Assembly: GCA_028713245.1 (NCBI GenBank)
Contig: JAQTOQ010000001.1
Location: 1 to 52,892, forward strand
Origin: Sulfuricurvum sp.
GTDB lineage: Bacteria; Campylobacterota; Campylobacteria; Campylobacterales; Sulfurimonadaceae
Direction of reading: 5' to 3'
Length of the DNA: 52,892 nt
Within the stretch, counting starts at the first letter, position 1; the number at the start of each line of letters is the position of its first letter. The notes beneath the pieces were generated by a model. It ran no database searches, had not been told where the DNA came from, and saw only the letters and a program-made list of their open reading frames with translations. This document shows positions 8,116-18,718 of the stretch, piece after piece. The position numbers and the translations under genes were made by a program.

Positions 8116-9629
8116 TGCTCTACCGTATTGAGTTTGAGCAAAATGACAAGTTCGTGTTTTTCATCTTTGGTAGAAGTTTGTGAAAAAAGAGCTCCCAAAT
8201 AAGGGATTCCACCTAGAATAGGGATACTTGAACGCTCATCTTTTTTAACATTACTGATAAGTCCTCCAATGAGTACTAAATCATTGTCTTTTGCGTAGAT
8301 AATGGTCCCTGCTTCTTTGATACTAATAATAGGCGCAGTGGCAACTGTTCCCGTGGTAGTTGTGCTACCAGTACTGGTGAAGCCTTGGAGGGATTTTTCT
8401 CCTTCGATACTTGTGGTAACTGGGACAATATTAAGAATGATTTGTCCATCCTCAGTTATTTTTGGGGTGACACCCAGTGAAAGACCGTCAAGAACATCTC
8501 GACGTGTGTATTCGTAGAGAGCTGGAGTGGTGACACCAGTAATAGTTGTTCCAGGGGTTACTTTCAAATCCCAAAAAGGGATGAGTTTTCCAGAGGTAAA
8601 TAAAGCAGATTGACCACTGGAGACTTTGATTCGAGGGTTTGAGAGGGTTTGGACATCCCCTGCCGTATCCAAAGCTGTCATAATTGCATCGATGTGCTTG
8701 TCGCTATAAGCGAGTACCCCTCCTTTTCTGAAGTTTTCGAGTCCGAGGGCTTGTCCAAATGTAAAATCACCGATGGCCCCTGGAAGAGTATTCCAGTCTA
8801 CACCAAGATCATGGGTATCATTGAGAACCACTTCAAGAATTTTGGCTTCAATGAGCACTTGGCGGGAAGCACTTTTTTTAATTTTTTTAAGCATGTCATT
8901 GATCGTATCAAGTGATTTTTTTGTATCAGTGGCAACGAGTGTTCCTGTGAATTTATTGAGAGTGAATTTACCGTTTGGTGTTAATAGCTCTTTGATATTT
9001 GTTTCGAGTTGTTTATAAAAATCGTTAGCTTCAACAGGGTTTTTGTAATTAAGAGCAAATTTACCGCTTACACTTCCTGAAGAACCGCTTGATCCTCCTC
9101 CTGATCCTAGCATATCTCCACCAAGGCTTGAATCAAATGAACTTTGTGTGTGGATGTAAGGAATGCTAAATGTTCGAGTAGTGTACTGTTTGATGTAGAG
9201 CATGTTTCCTTTGAGGGTATACGAACATCCTGAGAGCTCCATAACGGTATCGAGGGCATCTTCGGTCGAGGCTTTATTGAGTGTCAGAGTAATGGTGGTA
9301 TTTGCATCGACATCGCTATCGATAATGAGATTAAGCCCTGCGCTTTGAGAAATCAGATAGAGGACTTGATGCAAATTTGCATTTTCTGCTGCAAGAGAGA
9401 TGGTTTTTCCAGTAAAAGGGGAGATATTTTGATAGACGCTTGGCAATACCATCGGGGGGGTAGGTGTATTTTTGGATTGCTCGTTAAACTCTTTTATTTC
9501 TCCTGATGCACTAGTAGTGCGTACTTTCTCGCTAAGTAGTTTCGGATTCGTGGGTGGTGAGACTGTATAGCACCCTGTGATAATTAATGCTAAGAATAAT
9601 GGTGTGATTAGTGAAAAAGTTTTACCCAT
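8112..9629 (-). CDS. mshL: Outer-membrane secretin, MshL type
   Basis: Lipobox (IITGC), STN/N domains with G/S-rich loop, QVLIEAKILEV, LSNPRI, LIGGLI, IPILGGIPYLGALF, ELVILL. Confidence 0.85.
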   Translation of the reverse strand: MGKTFSLITPLFLALIITGCYTVSPPTNPKLLSEKVRTTSASGEIKEFNEQSKNTPTPPMVLPSVYQNISPFTGKTISLAAENANLHQVLYLISQSAGLNLIIDSDVDANTTITLTLNKASTEDALDTVMELSGCSYTLKGNMLYIKQYTTRTFSIPYIHTQSSFDSSLGGDMLGSGGGSSGSSGSVSGKFALNYKNPVEANDFYKQLETNIKELLTPNGKFTLNKFTGTLVATDTKKSLDTINDMLKKIKKSASRQVLIEAKILEVVLNDTHDLGVDWNTLPGAIGDFTFGQALGLENFRKGGVLAYSDKHIDAIMTALDTAGDVQTLSNPRIKVSSGQSALFTSGKLIPFWDLKVTPGTTITGVTTPALYEYTRRDVLDGLSLGVTPKITEDGQIILNIVPVTTSIEGEKSLQGFTSTGSTTTTGTVATAPIISIKEAGTIIYAKDNDLVLIGGLISNVKKDERSSIPILGGIPYLGALFSQTSTKDEKHELVILLKLNTVEQ

Positions 9630-10153
9630 TGAGAGCCCTTTGCGGTTTGGATGTGTATTTTAGAGGATTCAACGTCGAGCAATTTTACCCCGTTTGTGCT
9701 TTGACCAACATGGTAGATTTGATTGTTGATAACGGCAATATTTTGATCGGGAAGTACCATTTGTACGCTCCATGTCGGTGTTAACGATGTGATATTTCCT
9801 TCTGCAAATTGGAGTAATGGAGGAGGAGCTTTTAGCCCTAAGTCCCCTTGGAATTGGGTATTGGCATCGATTTTTTGTGCCAAATAGGGTTGATAGAGAC
9901 GTTCACTAATCCAAAATTGGTTTTCATGACGCAGCCTGATTTTTTTCAAAAGTGATTCATACTCATTTTTATGTTCAGTAATAAAAGTATACGATTCTCT
10001 TTTTTCATCAATAAGGGAGATTTGCTGTTGCTGAACGGATTCAAAAAAGTATTGAAGCCTTTGGACTAGCGAATCTGCCGCAAAAAACCATACTCCACTT
10101 GCAATAATGAAAGGAGAGCACAGCAGTAGCAGTGATTTATTGTCCAGATGCAT
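9608..10153 (-). CDS. Pilus accessory protein (MshK/PilP-like position)
   Basis: N-terminal TM; C-terminal IAVINNQIYHVGQSTNGVKLLDVE beta domain typical of MshK/GspC-HR-like proteins; precedes the secretin. Confidence 0.5.
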   Translation of the reverse strand: MHLDNKSLLLLCSPFIIASGVWFFAADSLVQRLQYFFESVQQQQISLIDEKRESYTFITEHKNEYESLLKKIRLRHENQFWISERLYQPYLAQKIDANTQFQGDLGLKAPPPLLQFAEGNITSLTPTWSVQMVLPDQNIAVINNQIYHVGQSTNGVKLLDVESSKIHIQTAKGSQWVKLFH

Positions 10154-10628
10154 TGAAGTCTCCTTGCATTGGTTGGATAATGGTTATTATGCCGCTTATT
10201 GTTCCTTCTTTTGAGGAGAATTTTTGGATTTGCAAAAAACCTTTCTCGTAACGAAGAGATAAAAAGTGATCAATATCATCTTGATTTTTAGGGATGAAGG
10301 AAAATCCGATATCCATTTTTGCTGAAGTGTCATAATAGATAAATTGAGAGACTTTAAAATTGTAGTTTGATGAATAATGATCGTAAAAATGGATCATATC
10401 CAGCTCAGCATTGGTCTTGGAAAGCGGCATGCTTGAAAAATAAGGGATAACAACATTCTGAAGCCATTGATTTGTTGTTTTGATGTTTCGGAGTTCATTG
10501 ATATTATTACGATCCTCTTGAGTCGCTTGTTTGGTAGAAATGGATTTGTTATCAAACCACGAGATAGACGAAAGCAACAATATACCAAAAACAAGGAGAG
10601 TGAACGTGAGCACCCATTTGAGGATCAT
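10137..10628 (-). CDS. Bitopic pilus alignment protein (MshJ/PilO/GspM-like position)
   Basis: Single N-terminal TM followed by a periplasmic domain; overlapping operon genes. Family assigned by position only. Confidence 0.45.
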   Translation of the reverse strand: MILKWVLTFTLLVFGILLLSSISWFDNKSISTKQATQEDRNNINELRNIKTTNQWLQNVVIPYFSSMPLSKTNAELDMIHFYDHYSSNYNFKVSQFIYYDTSAKMDIGFSFIPKNQDDIDHFLSLRYEKGFLQIQKFSSKEGTISGIITIIQPMQGDFNASGQ

Positions 10629-12004
10629 TGTGATGCTCCTGTATCTGTAGTAGATAGCACTGTACCACCCATTTTTAAGCTGGCTTCAAAGTGTAATGTA
10701 TTGTAATCGGTTTTATAAGTAGGGATGACTTGCACTTCCTTGATCGTCCCTACTGCATGTCTAAAGTCTTTCTCAAGGAGGTAGAGTTCCATGAGTGTTT
10801 TGCAGTGATATTTGAAATTTAATACAAGTTCCCCGCCCTCGGTAAAACTAACTTCCTGTGGCTTGATAAGGGTTAAAACATTTTCAAAAAGGATGAGATC
10901 ATCGATAAGGTGATGATGTAATGGGGTAGAACTTTTGAGTTGAGCAGTGATTTCTAGAAGTTGTTTATTATCAAGTGCCTTTGTATTACGCAGCGTTTGA
11001 GAAAGTTGGATTTCGACTCTATTGTATTCATCCAAAGAATCTTGATAGGCAGCATAAGCTTCGTGGCTTTGAAATAAGCCAAAAAGCATAAAAAGAAAAG
11101 CAAAAAAGATAGCAAAGCCACTGCCTAGATAAAACTCCCGTGCAGCTTTGACGCTATTAGGAAGAAAGTTCATGTTTTTATCCAAAAATAGCATACCAAT
11201 TTCTAAAATAGTATTTTGCGCGAGCTTGGCATCAAGTCCATCTACGATAAGATTTGGGGCTAATACCGTTATCTTTAGACCGGTTGACGCTTGCAATTGT
11301 AGCGGGAGGATTTCACCATCCGCAATACTTCCACAAATTGCGATGAATTCAAACTTTGCTTCACGGTATTGTTGATGTGCGTAAGCTACGGTTCGATTGA
11401 TGTCGCTGATTTGTTCCGTGCTTCGTTCTGTCTCATTATCGGATTGAATAAAGCCGACACGACCGAATAAAAGGACTCCATTATGGACGGCTACAATAAG
11501 ATTTCGTTTCTCTTCAGTGTAAACACATAAGTAGCTTTTTCCATTGAAAGCGTATTGTGCTAAGGAATAAAGAGCATGGCGTTCCGTACTTATGCGACGA
11601 AGAAACGCATGTTCTGGGATGGAAGCGATATGTTCGAGAACATCTTTTTCATAAAGACCCTCATATCGATGGACTGCAATTTCCTGTGTCGCATCAAGGG
11701 TAGTATTAAGTCTATTTAGAAGGACTTTGTCGGTAGTTGTCGCCCTATCGTAAATTTTGGCTAAAAGGGCACTTTGTATGGTTGCTTCATTTTTTATAAC
11801 TTCAGGGAGAGTAATTGATTCTTCGATAATGTTGTCGCTGAAGAAAAGAAAATAGAGATTCTTTTTAGATTTTAAATATTGAGAAACTTCGTAGCTTTGC
11901 GTAAACTGTTTTAGAGGAGATACAATATATCTTTTTCTTTTTTCTTTTACTTCAAAAATAGAAGTGATGTCATCGTGAATGCGAACAATAGTGATTGGAC
12001 CCAC
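10625..12004 (-). CDS. PilM/PilN- or GspL-like fused alignment protein (MshI-like)
   Basis: ~290-aa cytoplasmic region (INRTVAYAHQQY, IAICGS, NFLP), one TM, then coiled coil and periplasmic domain; first gene of the operon. Confidence 0.5.
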   Translation of the reverse strand: MGPITIVRIHDDITSIFEVKEKRKRYIVSPLKQFTQSYEVSQYLKSKKNLYFLFFSDNIIEESITLPEVIKNEATIQSALLAKIYDRATTTDKVLLNRLNTTLDATQEIAVHRYEGLYEKDVLEHIASIPEHAFLRRISTERHALYSLAQYAFNGKSYLCVYTEEKRNLIVAVHNGVLLFGRVGFIQSDNETERSTEQISDINRTVAYAHQQYREAKFEFIAICGSIADGEILPLQLQASTGLKITVLAPNLIVDGLDAKLAQNTILEIGMLFLDKNMNFLPNSVKAAREFYLGSGFAIFFAFLFMLFGLFQSHEAYAAYQDSLDEYNRVEIQLSQTLRNTKALDNKQLLEITAQLKSSTPLHHHLIDDLILFENVLTLIKPQEVSFTEGGELVLNFKYHCKTLMELYLLEKDFRHAVGTIKEVQVIPTYKTDYNTLHFEASLKMGGTVLSTTDTGASQ

Positions 12005-12154
12005 GAGACTCCTTGATTATTTTTAGTATTAAAAGCAAGTATTGTACCTATTTTTTAGGCTTTTTGTATCACTTCAAAAGCCCTTTTCGCTATAATTGCA
12101 CCGCTTATTGTCACCAGCAAGAGACAGTAGGAAGAGAAATTCAAGGAAACCAAC

Positions 12155-13822
12155 ATGAAAAACATGTCTGCGGGCAAATATCGCCCTTATCCTCAAGTTG
12201 ATTTGCCAAACCGTATTTGGCCGACCAAAACCATTACACACGCCCCTGTTTGGTGCAGTGTGGACCTTCGCGACGGAAACCAAGCGTTGATCACCCCGAT
12301 GAATTTGGATCAAAAACTTTCTCTCTTCTCGCTCTTGCTGAAAATTGGATTTAAAAATATCGAGGTTGGATTCCCCTCGGCGTCACAGGTAGAGTTTGAT
12401 TTTTTACGCATATTAGTTGAGCAAAATTTGATTCCTGATGATGTTACGGTGCAGGTTTTGGTGCAAGCCAGAGAACATTTGATCGACAAAACATTTGAAG
12501 CATTGGCAGGGGTCAAAAAGGCGATTGTGCATCTTTACAACTCGACGTCTACAGCACAGCGCAAGATCGTGTTTGGAAAAGAACAAGACGAGATTATTGC
12601 CTTGGCGCTTGAGGGCGTTGAAATGGTGAAAAGCCGTGCAGCAAAGCATGATGGCGAGATAAGCCTGGAATATTCACCGGAGAGTTTTACGGGTACGGAG
12701 TTGGAGTATGCGGCACGTATTTGCAATGCAGTTACCGATGCGTGGGGAATCAGTACGACGCGTAAAGTGGTGATTAATCTCCCCGCAACCGTAGAGATGG
12801 CAACTCCAAATGTCTATGCCGATCAGATTGAGTGGATGAGCCGTCATTTGACCAATCGTGAACATGTATTGATTTCGACGCATACCCATAATGATCGAGG
12901 AACCTCGGTTGCTGCTACAGAACTTGCATTATTGGCAGGTGCGGATCGTGTTGAGGGAACGTTGCTTAGCAATGGTGAACGTACGGGGAACGTTGATATT
13001 ATTACGTTGGCGCTCAATATGTATACACAAGGCGTTGATCCTGAACTTGATTTCAGTGATTTGGAGACAGTAGTTCAAATCGTCGAAAAGTGTACTGATA
13101 TGAAAACACATGAACGTCATCCGTACGTGGGAGAGTTGGTCTATACGGCATTTTCAGGTTCACATCAAGATGCTATTAAAAAAGGGATGGAGTATCAGCG
13201 GAGTAAAGAAGATTCGTTTTGGGAAGTTCCGTATTTACCGATTGATCCTGCCGATGTCGGGCGTAATTATGAGGGGATCATCCGTATCAATTCCCAATCG
13301 GGCAAGGGAGGCGTTGCCTACATCCTAGAAGACAAATTCGATTATTCGCTTCCGAAAAAAATGCATCCTGAAATTGGGGCAATTGTTCAGAAAGTGACCG
13401 ATCAGGCAGGACGAGAACTCTCCAGCGAAGAGATTTTAGAGATCTTTGAAAGAACTTATTTTGGTGAGCCGCACGATATCGAGTTTGTCGATTATTCGGT
13501 ACTCTCGGAGAGTGCCAAAGAACACTCCGCCAAATGTGTGTTGGAATACACCCATAACGGCAAAACGATCCGAAGCGAAGGGCAGGGGAACGGTCCGATC
13601 GATGCATGTAAGAATGCACTCATGGTAGAGTACTCTCATGCATTTAAAATTCTCTCATACAGTGAACATTCACGAGGAGAACTCTCCAGTGCGGAAGCGG
13701 TAGCCTATATCGAAATTCAAACGGATACTCAAGAAAAATACTTTGGTGTCGGATGCGATAATGATATCACAGTAGCTTCTATCAAGGCGATGTTTAGTGC
13801 GCTTAATCGGGCGTTTTCTTAG
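12155..13822 (+). CDS. leuA: 2-isopropylmalate synthase (LeuA, yeast/actinobacterial type)
   Basis: WCSVDLRDGNQAL, HTHNDRG, NGERTGN, FSGSHQDAIKKG, RINSQSGKGG, GNGPID. Confidence 0.96.
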   Translation: MKNMSAGKYRPYPQVDLPNRIWPTKTITHAPVWCSVDLRDGNQALITPMNLDQKLSLFSLLLKIGFKNIEVGFPSASQVEFDFLRILVEQNLIPDDVTVQVLVQAREHLIDKTFEALAGVKKAIVHLYNSTSTAQRKIVFGKEQDEIIALALEGVEMVKSRAAKHDGEISLEYSPESFTGTELEYAARICNAVTDAWGISTTRKVVINLPATVEMATPNVYADQIEWMSRHLTNREHVLISTHTHNDRGTSVAATELALLAGADRVEGTLLSNGERTGNVDIITLALNMYTQGVDPELDFSDLETVVQIVEKCTDMKTHERHPYVGELVYTAFSGSHQDAIKKGMEYQRSKEDSFWEVPYLPIDPADVGRNYEGIIRINSQSGKGGVAYILEDKFDYSLPKKMHPEIGAIVQKVTDQAGRELSSEEILEIFERTYFGEPHDIEFVDYSVLSESAKEHSAKCVLEYTHNGKTIRSEGQGNGPIDACKNALMVEYSHAFKILSYSEHSRGELSSAEAVAYIEIQTDTQEKYFGVGCDNDITVASIKAMFSALNRAFS

Positions 13823-13824
13823 TC

Positions 13825-13889
13825 GTCATACCGTACTTGATACGGTATCCATTGATCATTGTAGATTCCGCGTCGTAGCACGGAATGAC
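13825..13889. repeat. REP-like double-hairpin element, copy 1 (65 bp, GTCAT...ATGAC)
   Basis: GTCATACCGTACTTGATACGGTATCC-12 nt-AGATTCCGCGTCGTAGCACGGAATGAC right after the leuA stop; homologous to 21404-21430 and to the reverse complement of 51597-51662. Confidence 0.88.
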
Positions 13890-13977
13890 AAGTAATACTT
13901 TTCTTTTTCTTCTAATTTCTTTTATTAAACCCTTCTTCGCTATAATCGCGACAATTTTACCCAAATGAGAGTAACCC

Positions 13978-16530
13978 ATGATGGATGTACGTGAAGCTTT
14001 TTTAGCCTTTTTTGAATCAAAACAACACGCTCGAGTCCCGAGTTCTCCTCTTGTTCCTGAGGATGCAACATTGCTCTTTACCAATGCCGGTATGGTTCCG
14101 TTTAAGTCGATTTTTACGGGCGAGATTCCTGCCCCTGAAAATCCTCGAGCAACCAGTTCACAAACGTGTTTACGCGCAGGCGGAAAACATAATGACTTGG
14201 AAAACGTCGGTCATACAGCACGTCATCATACTTTTTTTGAGATGTTGGGAAATTTTAGTTTTGGGGACTACTTCAAAGAAGAAGCGATAGCGCATGCATG
14301 GGAGTTCATTACGCAAGTGATGAAATTACCTGTCGATAAACTTTGGGTAACGGTTCATGAGTCTGATGATGAGGCGCAAGTGTTATGGAAGAAACATATT
14401 TCAGCCGATCGCATTGTTCGTCTTGGGGACAAGGATAACTTTTGGCAAATGGGCGATACGGGTCCATGCGGTCCGTGTTCAGAGATTTTTGTGGATCAGG
14501 GTGCGGGGCATTTTAATGGACCGGAAGATTATATGGGGGGCGATGGGGATCGTTTCTTGGAAATTTGGAATCTCGTCTTTATGCAGTACGAGCGCAATGC
14601 AAAAGGGGAACTCAAGCCGCTACCTAAACCATCTATCGATACAGGTATGGGATTGGAACGCGCTGTTGCCGTTTTGGAAGGGGTTCGCAGCAACTACGAT
14701 TCAACTCTCTTTATGCCGATTATTCGTAAAGTTGAAGCCCTTATCGGCAAGCCATATGATTATGTCAGCGGTGCATCGTATCGTGTTATTGCCGATCATA
14801 TCCGTACGGTCACATTCTTGCTCGCGCAAGGGACAAACTTTTCGAATGAAGGACGCGGGTATGTTCTTCGCCGTATTTTGCGTCGTGCGGTACGTCATGG
14901 CTATTTACTCGGATTTACCAAACCGTTTATGTTTGAAATTGCCGATACGGTTGCCGAATTAATGGGGCAACAATACCCGTATATTGTAGAAAAATTAAAT
15001 GTACTAAAAGAGCAAATCATGCTCGAAGAAGAGCGCTTTTTCAAAACCATCGCTTCAGGTATTGAACTGTTTAACGAAGAACTCAAAAATACGAAAGCAA
15101 CGTTTAGCGGTGAAGTGGCATTTAAGCTTTATGATACATTTGGATTCCCTCTTGATTTGACTGAAGACATGTTGCGTGAAAAAAACCTCGCACTTGATAC
15201 AGCTACGTTTGAAGCGCTTATGAAAGAACAGCGAACGCGCGCAAAAGCGGCCTGGAAAGGTTCGGGAGATGCGGCAGTTGAGGGTGATTTTAAAGCGCTT
15301 CTTGAAACCTTTGGGGTTAATGCGTTTATTGGCTACGCGTACACCAAAGCACCGGTTAAAATCCAAGCCCTGCTGAGCGAGAGTTTTCAGCGCGTTGAAT
15401 CACTGCATGCATGCCAAAAGGGATGGATACTTCTCGAGGAGACCCCTTTTTATGCACTAAGCGGCGGTCAAGCGGGCGATAAAGGTCTTTTGGGTGATAA
15501 AGCGATTGTTTTGGATACGCAGAAGTTTCATGGTTTGAACCTTTCTCATGTCGAAACCAGAGCAACGATCAGCGTGGGTGAAACGGTGGAAGCGATTGTC
15601 GATCTTTCACGCAATGAGATTGCAAAACATCACTCGGCGACTCACCTATTACATGCGGCGCTTTATGAGTTGCTCGGTGAACATATCTCTCAAGCGGGTT
15701 CCCTTGTAGAACACAATCGTTTACGTTTTGATTTTTCTCACCCAAAAGCAATGACGTCAGAAGAAGTCGCCCTCGTAGAAGAGCGTGTGAATCAGCATAT
15801 TTTTCATGCCCTCACTGGATTGACCAAAGAGATGAGTATCGATGAAGCCAAAAAGAGTGGGGCAAAAGCACAGTTTGGTGAAAAATACGGTGATCGTGTC
15901 CGTGTCGTTGATTTTGGCGGCGTATCAGTAGAGTTTTGCGGCGGTACGCACGTTCAGAATACATCGGTGATCGGGACATTCATCATTACCAAAGAGAGCG
16001 GTGTAAGTGCGGGTGTTCGTCGTATCGAAGCCGTGTGCGGAAATGCTGCTTATAATGTGTTTAAATCACAGCGTCATTTACTCGAAGAAGTAGAGAGTTC
16101 GGTCAAAAATCGTGATATTCTTGCAGGAATCGAGCGTCTCAAAGAGCAAGTGAAGACGCTCAAGCATGAAATGACCACTTTCGCATCAGCGTCCAAAGAA
16201 GCGTTAAGTGTTACGATGATGGGTGATACGGCGGTTGTCGTAGCTCAGCTGGATGCAGGCGATATCAAAGAACGTATTGATGAGCTTAAGAATGAACATG
16301 AATCGGTTGTTGTAATGTTATTCCAAGTCAAAGAGGATAAAGTGTTGCTCGCAAGTGGCGTCAAAAATGCGAATGCAAAAGCAGGGGACTGGATCAAAGC
16401 AATCGCCCCTATTTTAGGTGGCGGCGGCGGCGGACGTCCTGATTTTGCACAAGCAGGTGGAAAAGACCCTGGTAAAATAGGTGAAGCCAAAGAGGCCGCG
16501 ATTGTCTACATAACAAAGGAATTAACATGA
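13978..16530 (+). CDS. alaS: Alanine--tRNA ligase
   Basis: [47 protein letters not shown] and EFCGGTH editing motifs, [15 protein letters not shown]. Confidence 0.98.
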   Translation: MMDVREAFLAFFESKQHARVPSSPLVPEDATLLFTNAGMVPFKSIFTGEIPAPENPRATSSQTCLRAGGKHNDLENVGHTARHHTFFEMLGNFSFGDYFKEEAIAHAWEFITQVMKLPVDKLWVTVHESDDEAQVLWKKHISADRIVRLGDKDNFWQMGDTGPCGPCSEIFVDQGAGHFNGPEDYMGGDGDRFLEIWNLVFMQYERNAKGELKPLPKPSIDTGMGLERAVAVLEGVRSNYDSTLFMPIIRKVEALIGKPYDYVSGASYRVIADHIRTVTFLLAQGTNFSNEGRGYVLRRILRRAVRHGYLLGFTKPFMFEIADTVAELMGQQYPYIVEKLNVLKEQIMLEEERFFKTIASGIELFNEELKNTKATFSGEVAFKLYDTFGFPLDLTEDMLREKNLALDTATFEALMKEQRTRAKAAWKGSGDAAVEGDFKALLETFGVNAFIGYAYTKAPVKIQALLSESFQRVESLHACQKGWILLEETPFYALSGGQAGDKGLLGDKAIVLDTQKFHGLNLSHVETRATISVGETVEAIVDLSRNEIAKHHSATHLLHAALYELLGEHISQAGSLVEHNRLRFDFSHPKAMTSEEVALVEERVNQHIFHALTGLTKEMSIDEAKKSGAKAQFGEKYGDRVRVVDFGGVSVEFCGGTHVQNTSVIGTFIITKESGVSAGVRRIEAVCGNAAYNVFKSQRHLLEEVESSVKNRDILAGIERLKEQVKTLKHEMTTFASASKEALSVTMMGDTAVVVAQLDAGDIKERIDELKNEHESVVVMLFQVKEDKVLLASGVKNANAKAGDWIKAIAPILGGGGGGRPDFAQAGGKDPGKIGEAKEAAIVYITKELT

Positions 16531-17063
16531 AAGAATTTTTAGTACAGACATTTTCAGATTATCGCACAACGATTATCTTTTTACACATTATCAGTGCCGT
16601 TTTATGGGTTGGCGGGATGATTACGATGCGCTATGCGGCACATGCATCATGCAGTATGATTCAAGATCCGAAGCTGCGAATGCAGCGTGCAGCACATGCC
16701 CTTAATCGTCTTTTTAACATAGCATGGCCAGCAGCTGTGATATTGATCATTACGGCTATTCTGATGGCCGTTGGTCTTGCTTTTCGTGAAGCTGCGGTAG
16801 ATGCGAGCGGTAATGTTATTGATGCATACGCCATGAGTTTGTATCAAACAATTCATATTAAAGAAACAATCTGGATCGTTATGGTGATCAATTTGGGTGC
16901 TATGATGTACCGACGTGGACAAGCAGCAAAAGCGTTGCTAATTGATGATTTAGCTCGTGCAAAAGCCATGTTGACTCCGATCGCTCAATACATGGTTCCT
17001 TTGAATATTGCATTGGGTATTATTGCTATTTTCATGGGCGTGGTTCTTCGTAACGCATATTAA
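16527..17063 (+). CDS. Conserved 4-TM membrane protein (CopD-like FLH...WVGG motif)
   Basis: [16 protein letters not shown], four hydrophobic segments, second His in IHIKE; coupled to alaS. Confidence 0.6.
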   Translation: MKEFLVQTFSDYRTTIIFLHIISAVLWVGGMITMRYAAHASCSMIQDPKLRMQRAAHALNRLFNIAWPAAVILIITAILMAVGLAFREAAVDASGNVIDAYAMSLYQTIHIKETIWIVMVINLGAMMYRRGQAAKALLIDDLARAKAMLTPIAQYMVPLNIALGIIAIFMGVVLRNAY

Positions 17064-17611
17064 TGCTACGACTTTGCTCTTCTTCCATCACACGCGCGCA
17101 ACTTCTGGGTGCGGCGGGTATCTCTTTTTTTCAAGAATCCATTGATTTTGACGAAGATTCTATTATTGCACCCACTCCCAAAAACTTTGTCTATCAAGCT
17201 ACCCTTGGAAAGTACCGCGTTAATCTTGAAAAATTCGGTTGTAACGACTACCCTCTACTGGTAGCGGATACCGTTGTAACTGCCCAAGGAAAAATTTTAC
17301 GTAAAGCCAAAGATGAAAGTGATGCTAGAGCTATTTTGGCAACACAAAGCGGCAGCGAAGTTTCTATCATTACCTGTATGATTTACAAAACACCTCGTCT
17401 TGAACTTCTTGACATCTCCTCAACCCGTTATTTTTTTAATCTATTCGATCCTGATGCCGTAGATGCGTATATCCAAAGTGGAGACTGGCGCGGAAAAGCG
17501 GGAGCGTGTATGGTTGAGGGATTTTGTAAATCGTATATTCGCGAAACCAGAGGGTATGAGAGTACGGCGATGGGTCTTAGTGTCGAAGTACTCAAGCCGT
17601 TTTTAGCATGA
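17063..17611 (+). CDS. maf: Maf-family nucleoside triphosphate pyrophosphatase
   Basis: LCSSSITRAQLL, FDE, VADTVV, GKAGA, MGL motifs. Confidence 0.9.
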   Translation: MLRLCSSSITRAQLLGAAGISFFQESIDFDEDSIIAPTPKNFVYQATLGKYRVNLEKFGCNDYPLLVADTVVTAQGKILRKAKDESDARAILATQSGSEVSIITCMIYKTPRLELLDISSTRYFFNLFDPDAVDAYIQSGDWRGKAGACMVEGFCKSYIRETRGYESTAMGLSVEVLKPFLA

Positions 17612-18714
17612 CTAATCCTTACTTAAATGAACTCAAAGCACTAGCGCGATCAGGGCGTTATCGAGAGCGCCATCTGTCAGATGAAGCGTTGCTGGATGCT
17701 GCCTCCAATGACTATTTGGGCTTGGCATATCTCAAAGAGTTGCATACAAAAGCATGCGAAACACTCAGTGCTTATACGTTTCATTCCCCAAAATCTTCTA
17801 TGTTGGTCAACGGCTATCACCCTATTCATCAAAATTTTGAACGTGCGTTGTGTGAGGCAAACGGTTTTGAAGCTGGGATTGTGATGGGAAGCGGGTTTAA
17901 TGCCAATATCGGGATGATCGAATCTCTTGCCCGAAAAGGGGATCTGCTCTTGATGGATGAGTCGTATCATGCAAGCGGGGTTATGGCAACGCGTATGTGC
18001 GATGCGAGAGTGGAGTTTTTCCCTCACAATGATGCTGTATCATTAGAAACTGCCCTTCAAAAAGCGACCGAAAAACGGATTATTGTAGCGGTTGAGGGGA
18101 TTTACTCGATGAGCGGGAACAAACTCTCCATAGAAATTTTAGAGGTGTGTGGACGGTATGATGTTCTTATCATTTTGGATGAAGCACACAGCAGCGGCGT
18201 GATTGGGAGAAATCTTATGGGGATTCTCGATTATTACGACATTAAGCCTACTTCCAATATGATCAAGATGGGAACGTTGGGGAAAGCTTATGGGAGTTTT
18301 GGAGCATATGTTCTCTCATCAGCACATATCAGTGACTATCTCATAAATCGTGCTAAAAATGTTATTTATGCAACGGCACCTTCGTTGTATGACACGGCAT
18401 TGGCTCATCATGCGCTTAACTACATCAAAACGAATGTCATACGTTTAAAAGAAGCGATTGTAGCACGTCAACAAATTATCAAAGAAATGTTGGGAATGGA
18501 TATTGACGGGTTGATCGTTCCCATAGAAATTGGGGATAACGCACGTGCGATGGAGCTCCAAAAACTTTTGAAGGACGAGCTTGGTATTTTAGTAGGTGCT
18601 ATCCGTCAGCCGACGGTGAATCGTGCCATTATCCGTCTGATTGCCCGTCTCGATATCCCTGAAGAGACTTTAATTAGGGTGTGTGAACGTTTTAGTCACA
18701 ATACGGTAAAATAA
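17608..18714 (+). CDS. bioF: 8-amino-7-oxononanoate synthase (PLP class II aminotransferase)
   Basis: ASNDYLGL, SGFNAN, HAS, EGIYSMSG, DEAHS, GTLGKAYG, AIRQPTV. Confidence 0.88.
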   Translation: MTNPYLNELKALARSGRYRERHLSDEALLDAASNDYLGLAYLKELHTKACETLSAYTFHSPKSSMLVNGYHPIHQNFERALCEANGFEAGIVMGSGFNANIGMIESLARKGDLLLMDESYHASGVMATRMCDARVEFFPHNDAVSLETALQKATEKRIIVAVEGIYSMSGNKLSIEILEVCGRYDVLIILDEAHSSGVIGRNLMGILDYYDIKPTSNMIKMGTLGKAYGSFGAYVLSSAHISDYLINRAKNVIYATAPSLYDTALAHHALNYIKTNVIRLKEAIVARQQIIKEMLGMDIDGLIVPIEIGDNARAMELQKLLKDELGILVGAIRQPTVNRAIIRLIARLDIPEETLIRVCERFSHNTVK

Positions 18715-18718
18715 CAGT

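Noticed and set aside
5093-9460. G7 tracts in the ATPase (5093-5099) and secretin (9454-9460) genes, also in ftsW (1106-1112) and C7 in the DGC (24388-24394)
   Set aside because: They are shorter than typical phase-variable tracts, all genes are in frame, and Pro/Gly codons explain them.
12091-12154. Possible leucine attenuator or leader upstream of leuA
   Set aside because: No Leu-rich leader peptide or terminator/antiterminator pair; only a weak hairpin.
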